Shown piece by piece: positions 1 to 12,238 of a stretch of DNA of 56,929 bases. Position 1 is the stretch's first letter; every line of letters starts with the position of its first letter. Position numbers and translations under genes: made by a program. The DNA is from Prorocentrum cordatum (lineage: Eukaryota): assembly GCA_963575745.1 (NCBI GenBank), contig CAUYUJ010000053.1, positions 62,001 through 118,929 of the forward strand. The letters are read 5' to 3'. Under the pieces are notes generated by a model. The model was not told the origin of the DNA. It ran no database searches and was given only the letters and a program-made list of their open reading frames with translations.

Positions 1-343
1 ACCCGCAAGCCATGTTGACACGTAGGTGCCATTGGCAGCGTCAGGTCGTTCTGGCACAGATGAGTTCGGTGACATGCGCGCTTTTTGACTCATGTTCCGC
101 TGCCAACAGCATCTGGCACTGTCAGGCGTTCAGAGCGGGCTCAGGCGGGTTCGCATCCCAAGTTGAGATTGACCCAGCGGTAGCAATTTCGATTTCGCTC
201 GCTGAGAGTTGTTCACCAGCCCCACCGCGGCTGTCGCAGCACGCGAGTGGGAGTAGAAGCAGGCATGCTGCAAACCGTTTGCTGTATGTCCGCCGAGACA
301 TCATCCCGGGTCTGCGAGGTGTCGATGGTCCGGCCCACACCTC

Positions 344-2286
344 TCGACTAGACTTAAAAGTGACCTTTCGCCAGAGTGACCTTTGGTCAGTTGAGCGGAA
401 GATCGGGACAAATCGGAACCAGAGATTCTGGGAGAGTTCCAGAGAAAAATAGAACGCCGATTTGTGGAGCGTAGCGCGCGCATTCGCAGAAGTTCCCAAA
501 GAGTGTTCGAGGGCTTGAGGAGCCCAAGTAACACATGGGCGTTCAATTAAACTGTTGAGCGTGGGCAGAAAATCTGGTGCGCACGAGCATTGTGAGCGGG
601 TGCGCGGCTTGCGCGGGGGGCGCAGTAGGTTTGCGTTTCAGGGATTTCGGCGCTGGCCAATGCGCTGATTGAGGGCCCGAAAATGCGTCGCACATATTAC
701 GCCTGTGGCGCCATGGAGGCCGCATTTGCGGTTGCAGTTGGGCGGGCGCCCCGCCGCGCGCACCGTGGCGACAGCTCTCTTGGGCGCCCGCCCGCCGCCG
801 TGGACGTAGTGGACCCAGCTAGTCTCTCGGTCGGCGCGCGGCGGGTCGGCAGCCGCGACGCTGGCGGCCTGAAAATGCTTCGAAAGTGTTTCTCCCCGAG
901 CCCGGGGCTATTGTACGTTTTCGGTGGCACGCGCAGCTCGGAGAAAAATCGCCTTGTCCGTCGGCGGCCAGTTGGATGTCGTCGCGCAGAAGTACCGGCG
1001 GATGGCGCGGTCCACGCTCAGCGCAGAGAGCGTGTCCATGAGCGTGGACTCGTCGAGGGGCAGGAGGAAGGACCTCGCGGTCGGGACCATTGCGGCCCGC
1101 GATGTCCACGGCCCCCACCCTGGGCGCGCGAGGACCTGCTGGGCGCCGCCGCAGCGCGATTTCAGAGAATCTCGGAACCATAAATCCGGGCGCGCCAAAT
1201 TTCGCGGGCCGAAGAACTTTCAGAGAGTTTCGGCCAGCTCCGAGGTTTTGGGTTCATGGGAACGTTTCGCGCGGGGTGGCTAGTTCAGAGATTTTCAGAG
1301 ATTCTCAGAGAAGTTCGGACGCCAGAATTTGGCGCGCCCCGGTTTCTGGTTCTGTGAATCTCTGAAAAGCGGTTCCTTAGGTTTTACCGGGTCTCCAGGC
1401 GTCCTACTGTCAGCCAGAGACGAGCGATTGGCTGGCGCCGCGCCCGATGCTTCCGGAGTTGCGAACTCGGTCTTCGATTCCCTGGGGCCCGCGGGCCCTT
1501 GGGCCAATCGCGAGGTCGCCGAGGCCCCCAGGCGGTTGCGCGCGATTGTCTCGGAAACCAGAGTTGGGCATCCATGGTGGACGCCCGCGCGCACGCGCTA
1601 GGTGTCCGCGAGATTGTTCGGCGGCGGATCTTGCATGGCGCGGGCACTTTCCACAGACTTTCCGGGGTGTTCTCTACGGTTATTTCGGCGCGCTTCGGTA
1701 ACCTTGGGGCGGCGCGGGGAAGTCGCCTGGCCGCGCGCGGGATATTTTTTCCAATGCCTTCTTGGGCATTATCGCCGTGTTGCGTGGCCGAAGAGGTCAC
1801 AGAGCAACGCGCTGTTTGACATGTTCGTGTTTTTTTCGTTGCGTTGGTTGCGTGATTGTTTTGGCGGTCCGCCTCCTTGGGGCCCCCTTGGGGCCTGAAA
1901 TTTGTTTTGTTGACGTCGGGCCTTCTGGAGTGAAAGGCGCTCGGCGCTGAATTCCCTCAGGCGTGCGCGTGGCCAAATACGCGCCGTGGCTTCATCCGCG
2001 CCAGGGCGCATGTCTTCCCTCGCGAAGCCGATGGCGCCCAAGGCGTGGCAGGCCCGTTCGGCGGCGCCCCCGGTGATTTGAAAAACCGAGCATGATTTTT
2101 ATCCCGGTCAAATTTTGCCCCGATCCCGGCTTCATCTTGTTTGGTGCGGGCACAGATGGGTCCCCAGATGGCTGAGAACAAAGCAGGAGCAGCGGCTTGC
2201 GCGCCTCAGTTTGGTCCCCCCGCGGCCCCCCAGAAGCCGCGCACCAAAGGTCACTCTTACCCAGGGTCACTCTGGCGTGTAGCCGA
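344..2286 (+). mobile_element. MITE family H, expanded copy carrying a ~1.75-kb nested insertion (388-2139)
   Basis: Termini TCGACTAGACTTAAAAGTGACC...GGTCACTCTGGCGTGTAGCCGA with a perfect 5-bp TSD ACCTC (339-343, 2287-2291). The ends match the 185-bp copy at 32029-32213. The inner insert is flanked by a duplicated TTTGGT. Confidence 0.85.
1161..1365. repeat. Inverted repeat (~40-bp arms), probable further nested MITE
   Basis: TTCAGAGAATCTCGGAACCATAAATCCGGGCGCGCCAAATT pairs with AATTTGGCGCGCCCCGGTTTCTGGTTCTGTGAATCTCTGAA. Confidence 0.7.
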
Positions 2287-2479
2287 ACCTCTCGGAATTG
2301 TTTTGGGTTGATGCAGGGCACATCTTGCAAATGATTCGTCGCGTTCTGGCTCATCGCAGGCACTCCGAGCTTTCCCACGAGTCAAGAGGCTTGCGCCGTT
2401 CCGCCGACCCCCCCGCAAACAGTGAGTTTTGTCGAGAGCCGCTGCGCCGTGCCTGGCCTGTGGGTCGGGAGCGTTGGTG

Positions 2480-3057
2480 CCTCTCCTGGGATGCCTCTCG
2501 GGGGCGCCTTTTTTTTTTTTTTTGTTTCGGGGACCTCTCGGGTGCGTCTCGGGGGCCGCTTGGAAGCTCCTTGGGGCCTCTTGTGGTCTCTTGGTGGCAC
2601 CCCGTGGGGGGCTCTTGTGACGTTGCATCTTCGGGGGGCCCCTCCTGACCCCCAAAACTTGTGTATTTTCTTGTGCCCGACGTGGGCTCGATGCGGGCTC
2701 GACGCGGAGTTGGCGCGGACTCGACGCGGATTCGACACGGATTCGACACGGCTTCGACACGGACCCGACGAGTCCAACATGGATTCGACACGGATTCGAC
2801 GCGGACAGGGACGAGAGGAGACAGACAAGGTCCCCCAAGGATGGAACATACCTCTCGTGGTCTCTTGGTGGCACCCCGCGGGGGGGATCGGGGGGGCTTC
2901 CGGGCCACCGTGGCGGGAGAGGTATGATATGTGGGAGATCGTACTGCCCCTCGTGGGGGCCCTTTCGGGGCCGTCCCGTGGGCCCCCGGGGCCGTCTTGG
3001 GGCCCCCGTGGGGGCTCCGTTGGGCCGTCTTCGTGCCCTCTTGGGGGCCTCGTGGGC
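2480..3057. repeat. Degenerate ~11-bp GC-rich minisatellite (CTTGGGGCC/GCCGTCTTGG type) with an internal GGATTCGACAC block
   Basis: Recurring CTCTTGG/GGGCC motifs. The same class recurs at about 5210-5330, 9605-10140, 11125-11260, 13395-13960 and 30640-31030. Confidence 0.75.
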
Positions 3058-3079
3058 TCCGTAACCATTTTGGCTCAAG
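3058..3079 (+). other. Dinoflagellate spliced-leader (DinoSL) copy: relic SL or SL RNA exon
   Basis: TCCGTAACCATTTTGGCTCAAG versus consensus DCCGTAGCCATTTTGGCTCAAG is 21/22 identical, and it is followed by GT. Confidence 0.85.
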
Positions 3080-3180
3080 GTTTTGAGTTTCCCTGGGGAA
3101 CGAGTGGATACCGCTAGTCCGCGGCTAGTTCCCAAGGGTTTCAACGCACCGCTGTGTGGGCCGGCCCCCCCATGTGATAC

Positions 3181-3349
3181 TCAGGAGAGGAAAAAACACA
3201 CACACAGACACAATGAATCCTCGATTCCCCCCCAAAAAGATGGGAACATATGGGAGGTGGGGGGGAAGACAGAAACCCAGAAACTATGAGAAAACATGGG
3301 GAATCTTGTTACTTGTGTGTATTTATTTGTGTGTCCTGGGGCCCCTTCA
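3181..3349 (+). mobile_element. Short element family A, copy 1
   Basis: TCAGGAG...GGCCCCTTCA with TSD GATAC/AATAC. Eight homologous copies are in the window. Confidence 0.85.
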
Positions 3350-4295
3350 AATACGATGTTCGGCCCTGGGGGAGGGGGAACGGGGGAGGGGGACAGCCAA
3401 TCACCTTGCACGCCGTGTCGCCCCGGGCAAGCGGGGGTCGGCGGATCTGGTAAGTGGACGGGTCTTTGCCCTGGCGTAAGGTGTGTTTGTCCGTTGCTCC
3501 CCTCTTCCACCGCCCTGTTCGTGAGGACCCCACATAAACCCTTCCTCGAAGTTGCGTGCGCAAGTGTGCGCCAGTTTGCAAATACTCGAGTGGCATGAGG
3601 GTGATGCTGATGCCCGCCCTACGTTGAGCCATGTTTTCGTTGGTGCGAAGCTGTTGGAGGATTGCTGGATGGAGACGGAGTGCACAAATGAAAGGTCAAG
3701 AAGAGGACATGACGAGGCACCCTCAATGGCTCCTCAATGTATGAATGAGTCAATCGCCTGGTCATGAGTTGTGACTGTAGACCTGCTCAAGAAATCGCTT
3801 ACCACAAGGTTTCGCTCGCACTCCTACCTTTGCCTGCTCCATGGACGGATACAGCGTGAGTACAGCTCCCCACCTGGACAGACACGTAGTGATACCGACG
3901 TATAGCTATGTGAGGTATCGGTGAGTATTGAAATCGATAAGTGTATTGATACCGAGGTCGATAGTTCCACACTGAGGCGTGGCACCGGGTATGCAATGAT
4001 ATTGACATGTGTACACACGTCTGTATACATACATACATATATGTAATGTATATTTTCATGTAAGTGCTTGTTTGTTTATTTGTTTATTTGCTGATTTGTT
4101 GGCTTATTCATTGCTCACATGCATTATCGGAGGTTGGTGGGTGAGATCGACGTGCAACGTTGACCACCCTCACTTGGAAATCGGTTTCGGTTTCGTGTTT
4201 GTGTCGTGCGTGTGGACGAGGCGAAGCTGCGTAGGCGGGCGAGAGGAATGAACCCTCTTCTGGCTAGGGCACGGCACCACAGCTGGACCTTTGTT

Positions 4296-4945
4296 GACTC
4301 CCGCAGGGAGTATTCTATTGTATTGTATTGTATTGTCTCCAGCAGGGAGTGTTGTATTGTCTTGTCTCCCGCAGGGAGTATTGTCTCCCAGGCATCACAT
4401 GCACCAGAGGCACCACCGACACCCGGACGCCACAGGCACCACAGGCATCACAAGCACCAGAGGCACCACCGACACCCAGACACCACGGGCGCCTCAGGCA
4501 CCGCAGGCACCGCAAGCGCCACAGGCACCACAGGCACCAGAGGCACCACCGACACCCAGACGCCACGGGCACCACAGGCACCAGAGGCACCGCCGGGCCA
4601 AAATGACTGCCCCCCTCGGGTTGTTTGATGGTGTCCCAATGATGTCCCGATAGTGTCCCGATGGTGTCCCGCTGGTGTCCTAGTGGTGTTCCGATGGTGT
4701 CTTGGTGGTGTCCCGCTGGTGTCTCACTGGTGTCTCGATGGTGTCCCGACGGTGTCTTGGTGATGTCCCGATGGTGTCCTGGTGGTGTCCCGATTTGTCC
4801 CGAAGGTGTCTCGATAGTGTCCTGATGGTGTCCCGATGGTGTCCCGATGGTGTCCCCGTGGTGTCCTGATGGTGTCCCCCGGTGGTGTCCCGGTCTGTAT
4901 CCCGATAGGTGTCCTGATGGTGTTTCGAGTGTGTCCCGATGATGT
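4296..4945. repeat. Stacked minisatellites: CTCCCGCAGGGAGTATT x3, 9-bp GGCACCACA/GGCACCAGA, 11-bp GATGGTGTCCC
   Basis: Directly visible tandem periodicity. Confidence 0.85.
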
Positions 4946-5411
4946 CTGCGGTTGTCATCAGTCAGGTCCTTCTCCTCACAACCTCCTTATCACCCGAAGG
5001 GTGGCCGTATAGGTACATCGAAGACGCCTACGGCGAATCACCGCCGCTCCCTGTCCTTTCGGAATCGCCTAAGTGGCCGAACGTTGTGGCCAGAGGCCTG
5101 CCAAGCTATCGGACCATGTGTTCTTCGAATCGGTTTGGAAAGCGTTCGGGGAACACGGTGGGGGAGGAGGAAGGGGAGGTGAGGGAGAAAGAAGGAGAAG
5201 GGATGAGGAATCCTCTTGGGAGCCTCTTGGGCTACTCTAGGGTTCTATTGGGCCATATTGGCCGTCCTGGAGGCGTCTTTGGCCAGTCTTGGAGGCCATC
5301 TTGGGCCGTCTTCGAGGGATCTTTTGTGGACTGAGGTCATGTATGGTCTGAAGCAGTTCTTTTTCCCGGTAAACAGGGCTATTTCCCAGTAAACTGGGTT
5401 CTTCCCCGGTC

Positions 5412-6053
5412 TGACTGAGAGATTCTGAGTGCTTCTGAGAGCCTCTGAGAACCATTGAGTGCTTCTGAGAGCCTCTGCCAGCTTCCCAGGGCCTCTGAGA
5501 GTTTCTGGGAGCTGCTGAGAGCTTCTGAGAGCTTCTGAGAGATTCTGAGAGCTTCTGAAAGCTTCTGACAGCTTCCGGGATCTTCTGAGAGCTTCTGAGA
5601 GCTTCTGAGAGCTTCTGAGATATTCTGAGTGATTATTCGAGAGCTTCTGAGAGCGTCTGAGAGACTCCCAGAACCGCTGTGAGCTTCTGAGAGCTTCTGG
5701 GAGCTTCTCAGAGCCACTGAGAGCTTCTGAGAGATTCAGAGCGCTTCTGAAAAATGCTCAGAACCTTTGAAAACCGGTTTGAACCTCTGAGAACTTCTTA
5801 GAGCCTCTGAGAACCTTTGAAAACCTCTGAGAACCTCTGAGAGTTTCTGAAAACATTTGAGATCCTCTGAGAGCCTCTGAGAACCTCAGAGTACCCTTGA
5901 GAACCGCTGAGAGCCTCCGAGAGACTTGGAAAGCTTCTGAAACCATCTGAGAAACTTTGGGAGCCTCTGAGACCCTCTGAGAAATTATGAGAGACTTTGA
6001 AAACCCCTGAGAGCCTCGTGGAACCTCTGAGAGCCTCTGAGAACCTTTGAGAG
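5412..6053. repeat. 10-bp minisatellite (CTTCTGAGAG type)
   Basis: Directly visible, degenerate tandem 10-mer. Confidence 0.9.
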
Positions 6054-6146
<93 letters not shown>

Positions 6147-6204
6147 TTATTACTATTACTACTACTACTACTGCTACTACTACTGCTACTACTACTACGA
6201 CTAC

Positions 6205-6262
<58 letters not shown>

Positions 6263-6312
6263 TGTAGTTGTAGTTGTAGTAGTAGTAGTAGTAGTAGGAG
6301 TAGTAGTAGTAA

Positions 6313-6352
<40 letters not shown>
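6054..6352. repeat. (CTA)n followed by (TAG)n: self-complementary microsatellite
   Basis: The strand switch is at ACTAGT (6203-6208), with arms of ~150 bp each. Confidence 0.95.
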
Positions 6353-6353
<1 letters not shown>

Positions 6354-6907
6354 ATGGTCATGATGTTGTCAGTGATGACTTGCATGCTGGTTGTGATCTT
6401 GTCAGCGATGGTGCTGATGACTCCGCTCTTCCATCCAGCGGCCGCTCTCGCTTGTGGAACCGCTCACCGACACGCGCTAGAACTTGAGCGCGCGCGAACT
6501 GCGCGCGATGGTTATACTGTGTGCTTGGGTATGCTGATCCAGGCGGCATCCGTCCGAGCTCCTCACCTCCCTGTCGCGCGCGAGAGGTGGAACGGGGGGA
6601 TGAGGGAGGACGATGAGGGCCACGATGTAATACATGTTCTTGCACATGAGCTCTGGGCGTTGATTTGTGGCAGAGTCCGCGTCCAAAGTACTTTGCTGGA
6701 CATGTGCGGGCCGGCGCTCGCATGTTCATTCTGAGGTGGGCTTCGTGTTCATGCGCGAAGGAGCCAAGCATGTGTGTCTGTGTGTGTGTGCGTTGCCTAA
6801 GTCGGAGCCTCTCCGTTGGTCAGCGAGAGAATTAAGAGGAGGAGGAGGAGGAGGAGGAGGAGGAGGAGGAGGAGCCTCTCCACTGGTCAGAGAGAGAGAA
6901 GACAGAA

Positions 6908-6951
<44 letters not shown>

Positions 6952-7272
6952 CGAGCGAAAGAAACGGTGCCACCGCGCGGGCCCTGGCAACTGTCCACGC
7001 CCCTGCTGCCTCGGGCGCCGACCTGACATTCCCACGGGGTCGGAGGAAGGAGAGGCGACACCACAACCAAGGGGATCAGCTCCAGCGAGGGGGGGCTACG
7101 CCTCCCTGAGCCCAGGACGTGGGGATCCCTCGGGTGGGGGGTGGGGGCTTTCACCAGGAGGACCCCAGCCGGCTCCTCGCGCCGGTGGTGGTGGTGGTGG
7201 CGTCGCGTCCCTTGGTTCCTGGATGGGCCCTCCAGGGTCTCGCTGCTGGGATCGCCTGCTGGTGCTCGGATA

Positions 7273-7448
7273 CAGTCCGGGCCCTGAAGAAGGAACCCTT
7301 TTCGTTGGGGAGGGGTTCCGCGTTCCTTACGTGTTTCACAGCTTGCCTCAGGCTTTCCTGATGTTCTCGACCGGAAACCGAAGGTTAACTTATGGAAAGA
7401 AGGGGCCTCGTTCCTTATTTTGGGTTCCTCAGGTCAACGCCCCGACTG
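7273..7448 (+). mobile_element. Tc1/mariner-like MITE (family T)
   Basis: TA|CAGTC...GACTG|TA termini. Homologous copies at 41745-41920 and a 3' part at ~43280-43357. Confidence 0.8.
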
Positions 7449-8376
7449 TACGCGGACACTCGGCCCAAGGAGGCGGGAACTTTTTAGACGCACGTGCGCG
7501 GCACGGAGGCGAGGGCCCCATTTTGAAAAGGAGCCGCCGTCCATCCGTGCAACGGTTGCGACTGTAGCCTTGGGGGCCTCGCGACTCCCGCAGCACGAGC
7601 GCACCGGAGGGGGGCCGCCCGAGGCAGCGGAGGAGCTCTCTCCCGCCCGGGACCCCGGGCCAGCGTGAGGCCGCGCGGCGGCCTTGGTGGCTCAAGCCGT
7701 GTTGCCCTCGGCAGGATATTGAGGGTTCGATTCCCCGCAGCCTCCATTCAGCGAGCGAAGAACGGTATGAAATAAACTTTTTCGCCGTCGGGGGCGCCTG
7801 CCCCCGGGCGGCTGGAAAAGTTGATGTTACACTGTTCTTCGCCCGTTCATCCATGGCATCTTTTGGGCTCTGCGGGTCTGGTAGACTTGACGACTCAGAG
7901 TCTGCACCGCCAAAGGAGAGTGGCGTCCGCGCCGATGCGGAGGGGTCGATGGAGTTTCCGGGTGTCGACACTGGTGCTGCATCAGCATCAGATGCTGGGT
8001 CGGGATCTTCGGGGGCCAGTTCACAGACAACTGCTCTCGCAGCCCTGCGACTGGCTTTAGCAGCCCTGCTGCCAACGAACATTATTGCAAACGTGTGGTC
8101 ATGCGCAGGGAGTCACACAAGCAATACCGCGGTCTGTGAAGAAACTCCAGATTCTGAGGTTCGGGCATCCGTGGCAAGATTACCCAGGCCAGAGGTTCTC
8201 AGGGTATCCACGCCGGATGGAGGAGACGGACCGCCCGAGATGTATTTGTGCGACTCACCCAGGTTCAACGTTCGTCTCCACCTGCAGGATGAAATTCATC
8301 AGGCGCACGCTGTGCGGATTCGTTGATGAAGACTCGGACTGAGGGCCGATTCCATCTCTCCCTTCCCCTCTTCCCT

Positions 8377-8554
8377 TGGTGGGCTTGTTTCCCACCACCA
8401 CCACCACCATAAGTACAAGGGGGAGGGGGTCCCCCTCCTCCTCCTCCTCCTCCTCCTCCTCCTCCTCCTCCTCCGCCAACTCCTGCGACTCCTCCACCCT
8501 CTCCCCCCCTCCAACTTGTTGTGGTGGTGGTGGTGGTGGAAGACGGGCCCATCA
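8377..8554. mobile_element. MITE family L with internal (TCC)n/(GGT)n
   Basis: TIR TGGTGGGCTTGTTTCCCACC...GGTGGAAGACGGGCCCATCA with a perfect TSD TCCCT. Homologues at 29712-29863 (reverse orientation) and 51523-51669. Confidence 0.8.
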
Positions 8555-8764
8555 TCCCTGCCGTCTTCTCCCTTCCCCCTCCTCGTCGCCAGCCGGCGGT
8601 TTTGTCCGCTGGGCCGCTGCTCGAGCTGCTCGGCCCAGCGAGCTGATCCCGGCCGGCACCCGCCCGCCCCGGCGGGGTGCGGCCCCGAGAGCTGGGGGGG
8701 GGCCTTCGCGGCCCTCGCAGCCCTTGCCTTGCTTCTAGGCCTCCCAGATGGGGTCGGAGCAGAG

Positions 8765-8957
8765 TGAAGTCGGGCCTGTCCCCCTCCAGGGGGACTGTCG
8801 ACGAAAAACGAAAAAATACCCCGAGCATGGCCAAAACATAGTCCAAAAGTAGTCGGGAGACTATTTTTCGAGCATCTTTTGACCTTTTTGGGGTATCTTT
8901 GGGGTATGTTTTGTTTTTCGTCGACAATCCCCCTGCAGGGGGACACGCCCGACAGAA
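8765..8957. mobile_element. hAT-like MITE family B, copy 1
   Basis: TIR ..AAGTCGGGCCTGTCCCC / GGGGACACGCCCGAC; 8-bp TSD GAGCAGAG/GAGTAGAG. Confidence 0.85.
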
Positions 8958-10292
8958 GAGTAGAGTCGGCCCGGATTAGTAGGTCGACCCTGCAAGCTCA
9001 AGGGTACCCTTGTGTCCTGTGCCTCGCTTCGCGTGCTCTCTTACACTCCAATGGCGATGTTGCCTTCGGAATGGTCTCGTGTCCTCTCGCGTGTCCTCTC
9101 CAATCAAGTCCGACTGTAGATGGGGTCGGAGGATCGCGCCGCATCGCCGATGCAACGACGATGCGGCTCGATGTGGAGCCCGATTTGCTTCACGTCGACG
9201 TTGCCGATGCATCGCCGACGTCGACGATGCATCGCTGGTGCATCGCAGCTGCATTGGCGATGCGGTGCGATCCTCTGACTCAAGAGGCCTCTATTGATGG
9301 AAGGGTCTGACCCTGAACGTGTCTGATGCCTGCGGGCGCTGTGCGCCGTTGAAAGAGGCCACGTTGAAGACACTACTTCAGGGACTCTTGATGATTTTCC
9401 GTTTCGTGCACTGAGAATTTGTCATTCAGGACATTTTGCCGCCAAGAGTGCGTTCCGTCTCTGCGCCCAACAGGCGCCCTGTCACACGTGCGTGTCAGAC
9501 ACACTTTGCCAATTTTACCATAACTAGTACTATCCAGCTGCCTCCGGCAATTCTGCCACCGTGCCAGCGCAGCATCTGGGATGCCAACTATTCGAGAAGG
9601 CAAAAGGGGGCCCTGTTGGGGGCTTTTTGGGGCAGCAGGCTCGAATTCTTGGTTCCTGTTCCCACTCATGGGCCTTTTTGGGGGGCCGTCTTGGGGCCCT
9701 CTTGGGCAGTCTTGGGTGCCTCTTGTGCCGTCTTGGAGCTCTCTTTGGAGCTTCTTAAGCCGTCTCGGGGGACTCCTGTTTGGGGGCCTCTTGGGCCGTC
9801 TTGGAGCTTCGGCAACTCGAAACGGCGAGAACACAAAATACATTGAAAACGTGATCGAACATCCAAGGGTTTTGCCTCTCGGGGCCCTTTTGGGGGCCTC
9901 TTGGGGGCCTCTTGTGGCCCTCGTGGGGCCTCCTGAGCCATCTTGGGGCGGAAGGTTCGAATTGTCGGTTCGTGTTCATCCTCTTGGGTCGTCTTGGGTC
10001 CGTCTTGAGGCCCTCTTGGGCATTTGGGCGCCTCCGGGGCCGTCTTGGAGCCCTCTTGGGCCTTCTTGGGGGCCTGTTGGGCCGTCTTGGGGCAGTCCTG
10101 GCGGCCTCTTGGGTCATCTTGGGACGCGGGAAGTTCGAAAAGGCGAGAACCCAAACCATATTGAACAATTCGTGAACCACCCATTTCTCCCAACCATCCT
10201 GTGGTTCCTCGTATTGAAGAGACAGCGCCCCGCGTCACTCCTCCTCCTCCCGCTGCCCCCTCCTCCCTCTCTCCTCCCGCTGCCCCCCCCTC

Positions 10293-11040
10293 ACTTTGGC
10301 ACACCCCTCACACGTTTCGTGGTCCCATAGGGAGCTCCACCGAAGGCCCCAGTGGCAGGGTCCGCATGCGGATCCCCGCCCATTTCGGCAGACCCCTCGC
10401 ACGTTTCGTGGCTCCATAGGGAGATCTACCGAAGGCCCCAGTGGCAGGGTCCGCATGCGGTTCCCCGCCCATTTCGGCACACCCCTCACACGGTTCGTGG
10501 CTCCATAGGGAGCTCCACCGAAAACCCTAGTGGCAGGGTCCGCATGCGGTTCCCCGCCCATTTCGGCACACCCCTCACACGTTTCGTGGCTCCACAAGGA
10601 GCTCCACCGAAGGCCCTAGTGGCAGGGTCCGCATGCGGTTCCCCGCCCATTTCGGCACACCCCTCACACGTTTCGTGGCTCCATAGGGAGATCTACCGAA
10701 GGCCCCAGTGGCAGGGTCCGCATGCGGTTCCCCGCCCATTTCGGCACACCCCTCACACGGTTCGTGGCTCCATAGGGAGCTCCACCGAAAACCCTAGTGG
10801 CAGGGTTCGCATGCGGTTCCCCGCCCATTTCGGCACACCCCTCACACGTTTCGTGGCTCCATAGGGAGATCTACCGAAGGCCCCAGTGGCAGGGTCCGCA
10901 TGCGGTTCCCCGCCCATTTCGGCACACCCCTCACACGGTTCGTGGCTCCATAGGGAGCTCCACCGAAAACCCTAGTGGCAGGGTTCGCATGCGGTTCCCC
11001 GCCCATTTCGGCACACCCCTCACACGGTTCGTGGGCCCAT
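10293..11040 (-). repeat. 89-bp satellite array (~8 units, homogeneous)
   Basis: GGCACACCCCTCACACG...CCCGCCCATTTC recurs with period 89 (10298, 10387, ...). Confidence 0.95.
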
Positions 11041-11839
11041 GGGGAGGGTCGCCGAACGATGGACCCAGAACGCGGTATCCACACATGCATTGGACGGGTC
11101 CTTCGTCAGGCTAAGTTTTGCCTCTCGGGGCCCTCTTGGAGAGGCTCTTGGGGCAATCCTTGGACGCCTCGACGGTTTCAAGCGATCTTGGGCCGTCTTG
11201 AGGCCAAAGTTCCTTGTCTAGGAGCGATCTCGGGCCGCCTTGGGGACATCTGGGCCTCGGGAGTGCCAATCTGTTGTATTTTGCGAGGAGTTGTGGCTCG
11301 GGCAGAGGGCGGGGGTGGTGCACGCAGGTGGGTGCTTCCTGAGGGAAGGGGTTGCCTTCAGAAAATTACAGCAGCCCTACCATACAGCCCGGTGCTTTGA
11401 AGGTCGCACGACGCGCGGAATTGGGAGTAGAGCAGTCTTTGTGTAGCATGGTTAAGACATGCGGCAGATGTTTCGGCCCAGCCCGCAGGCGGGAGCGGCT
11501 GGATTTCCGAGGATATCCACAATTTTAGAGCCCACGTCTTCGCGAACGCATCGCGCCTGACCCGCTATTTCAATCTGTCTGAGTTGAGCTCCGTGCCAAC
11601 ACGCTGCGTTTTGTGTGCTGCGTGTTGGGGCAGCTGGGGGGCCTTGCCGAAGTGCACCTGTCGTGGCACGCCCCCGGCCATGACTTTTTGTTGCCGTGTG
11701 CCTGCCCCGTGCAAGGCGGATCATGACTTTTCGATGCCGTGTGCCTGCCCCGTGCAAGGCGCGCCCGAGCCAGCCAATCCCTGGCGCACGCTTTCCTCGG
11801 CTTGTGTGGTCTGGAACTTCCAGCTCGAGCAGTCAATTT

Positions 11840-11971
11840 CCAGGAGGGGAAAAAACACACAGACACAATTAATCGTCGATTCCCCGGAAAATATGGGAAA
11901 ATCTTGGAAGTGGGCGGGAAGCCGAAAACCCAGAAAATATTTGAAAATAGGGGGAACCCTGTTTTTTTTTT

Positions 11972-12017
<46 letters not shown>

Positions 12018-12029
12018 AGGGCCCCTTCA
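11840..12029 (+). mobile_element. Family A, copy 2
   Basis: Perfect TSD AATTT (11835-11839, 12030-12034); internal (TG)n expansion. Confidence 0.9.
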
Positions 12030-12067
12030 AATTTGTGCCCATCGCAGTGCGTGCCAGCGGGCATTCA

Positions 12068-12238
12068 CCAGGAGGGGAACAAAAACACACAGACACAATT
12101 AGTCGTCGATCCCCCGGAGAATCTGGGAAACTGTGGGAAGTGGGGGGGGGGGGCAAGACGAACGCCAAGAAGATATGGGGAAATACGGGGAATCCTGTCA
12201 TTTGTGTGCATTTCTTTGCGTGCCCCAGGGCCCCTTCG
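12068..12238 (+). mobile_element. Family A, copy 3
   Basis: Perfect TSD ATTCA. Confidence 0.9.

Noticed and set aside
10352..11114. Repetitive protein ORFs
   Set aside because: They derive from an 89-bp unit, which is not a multiple of three, and the satellite occurs in both orientations.
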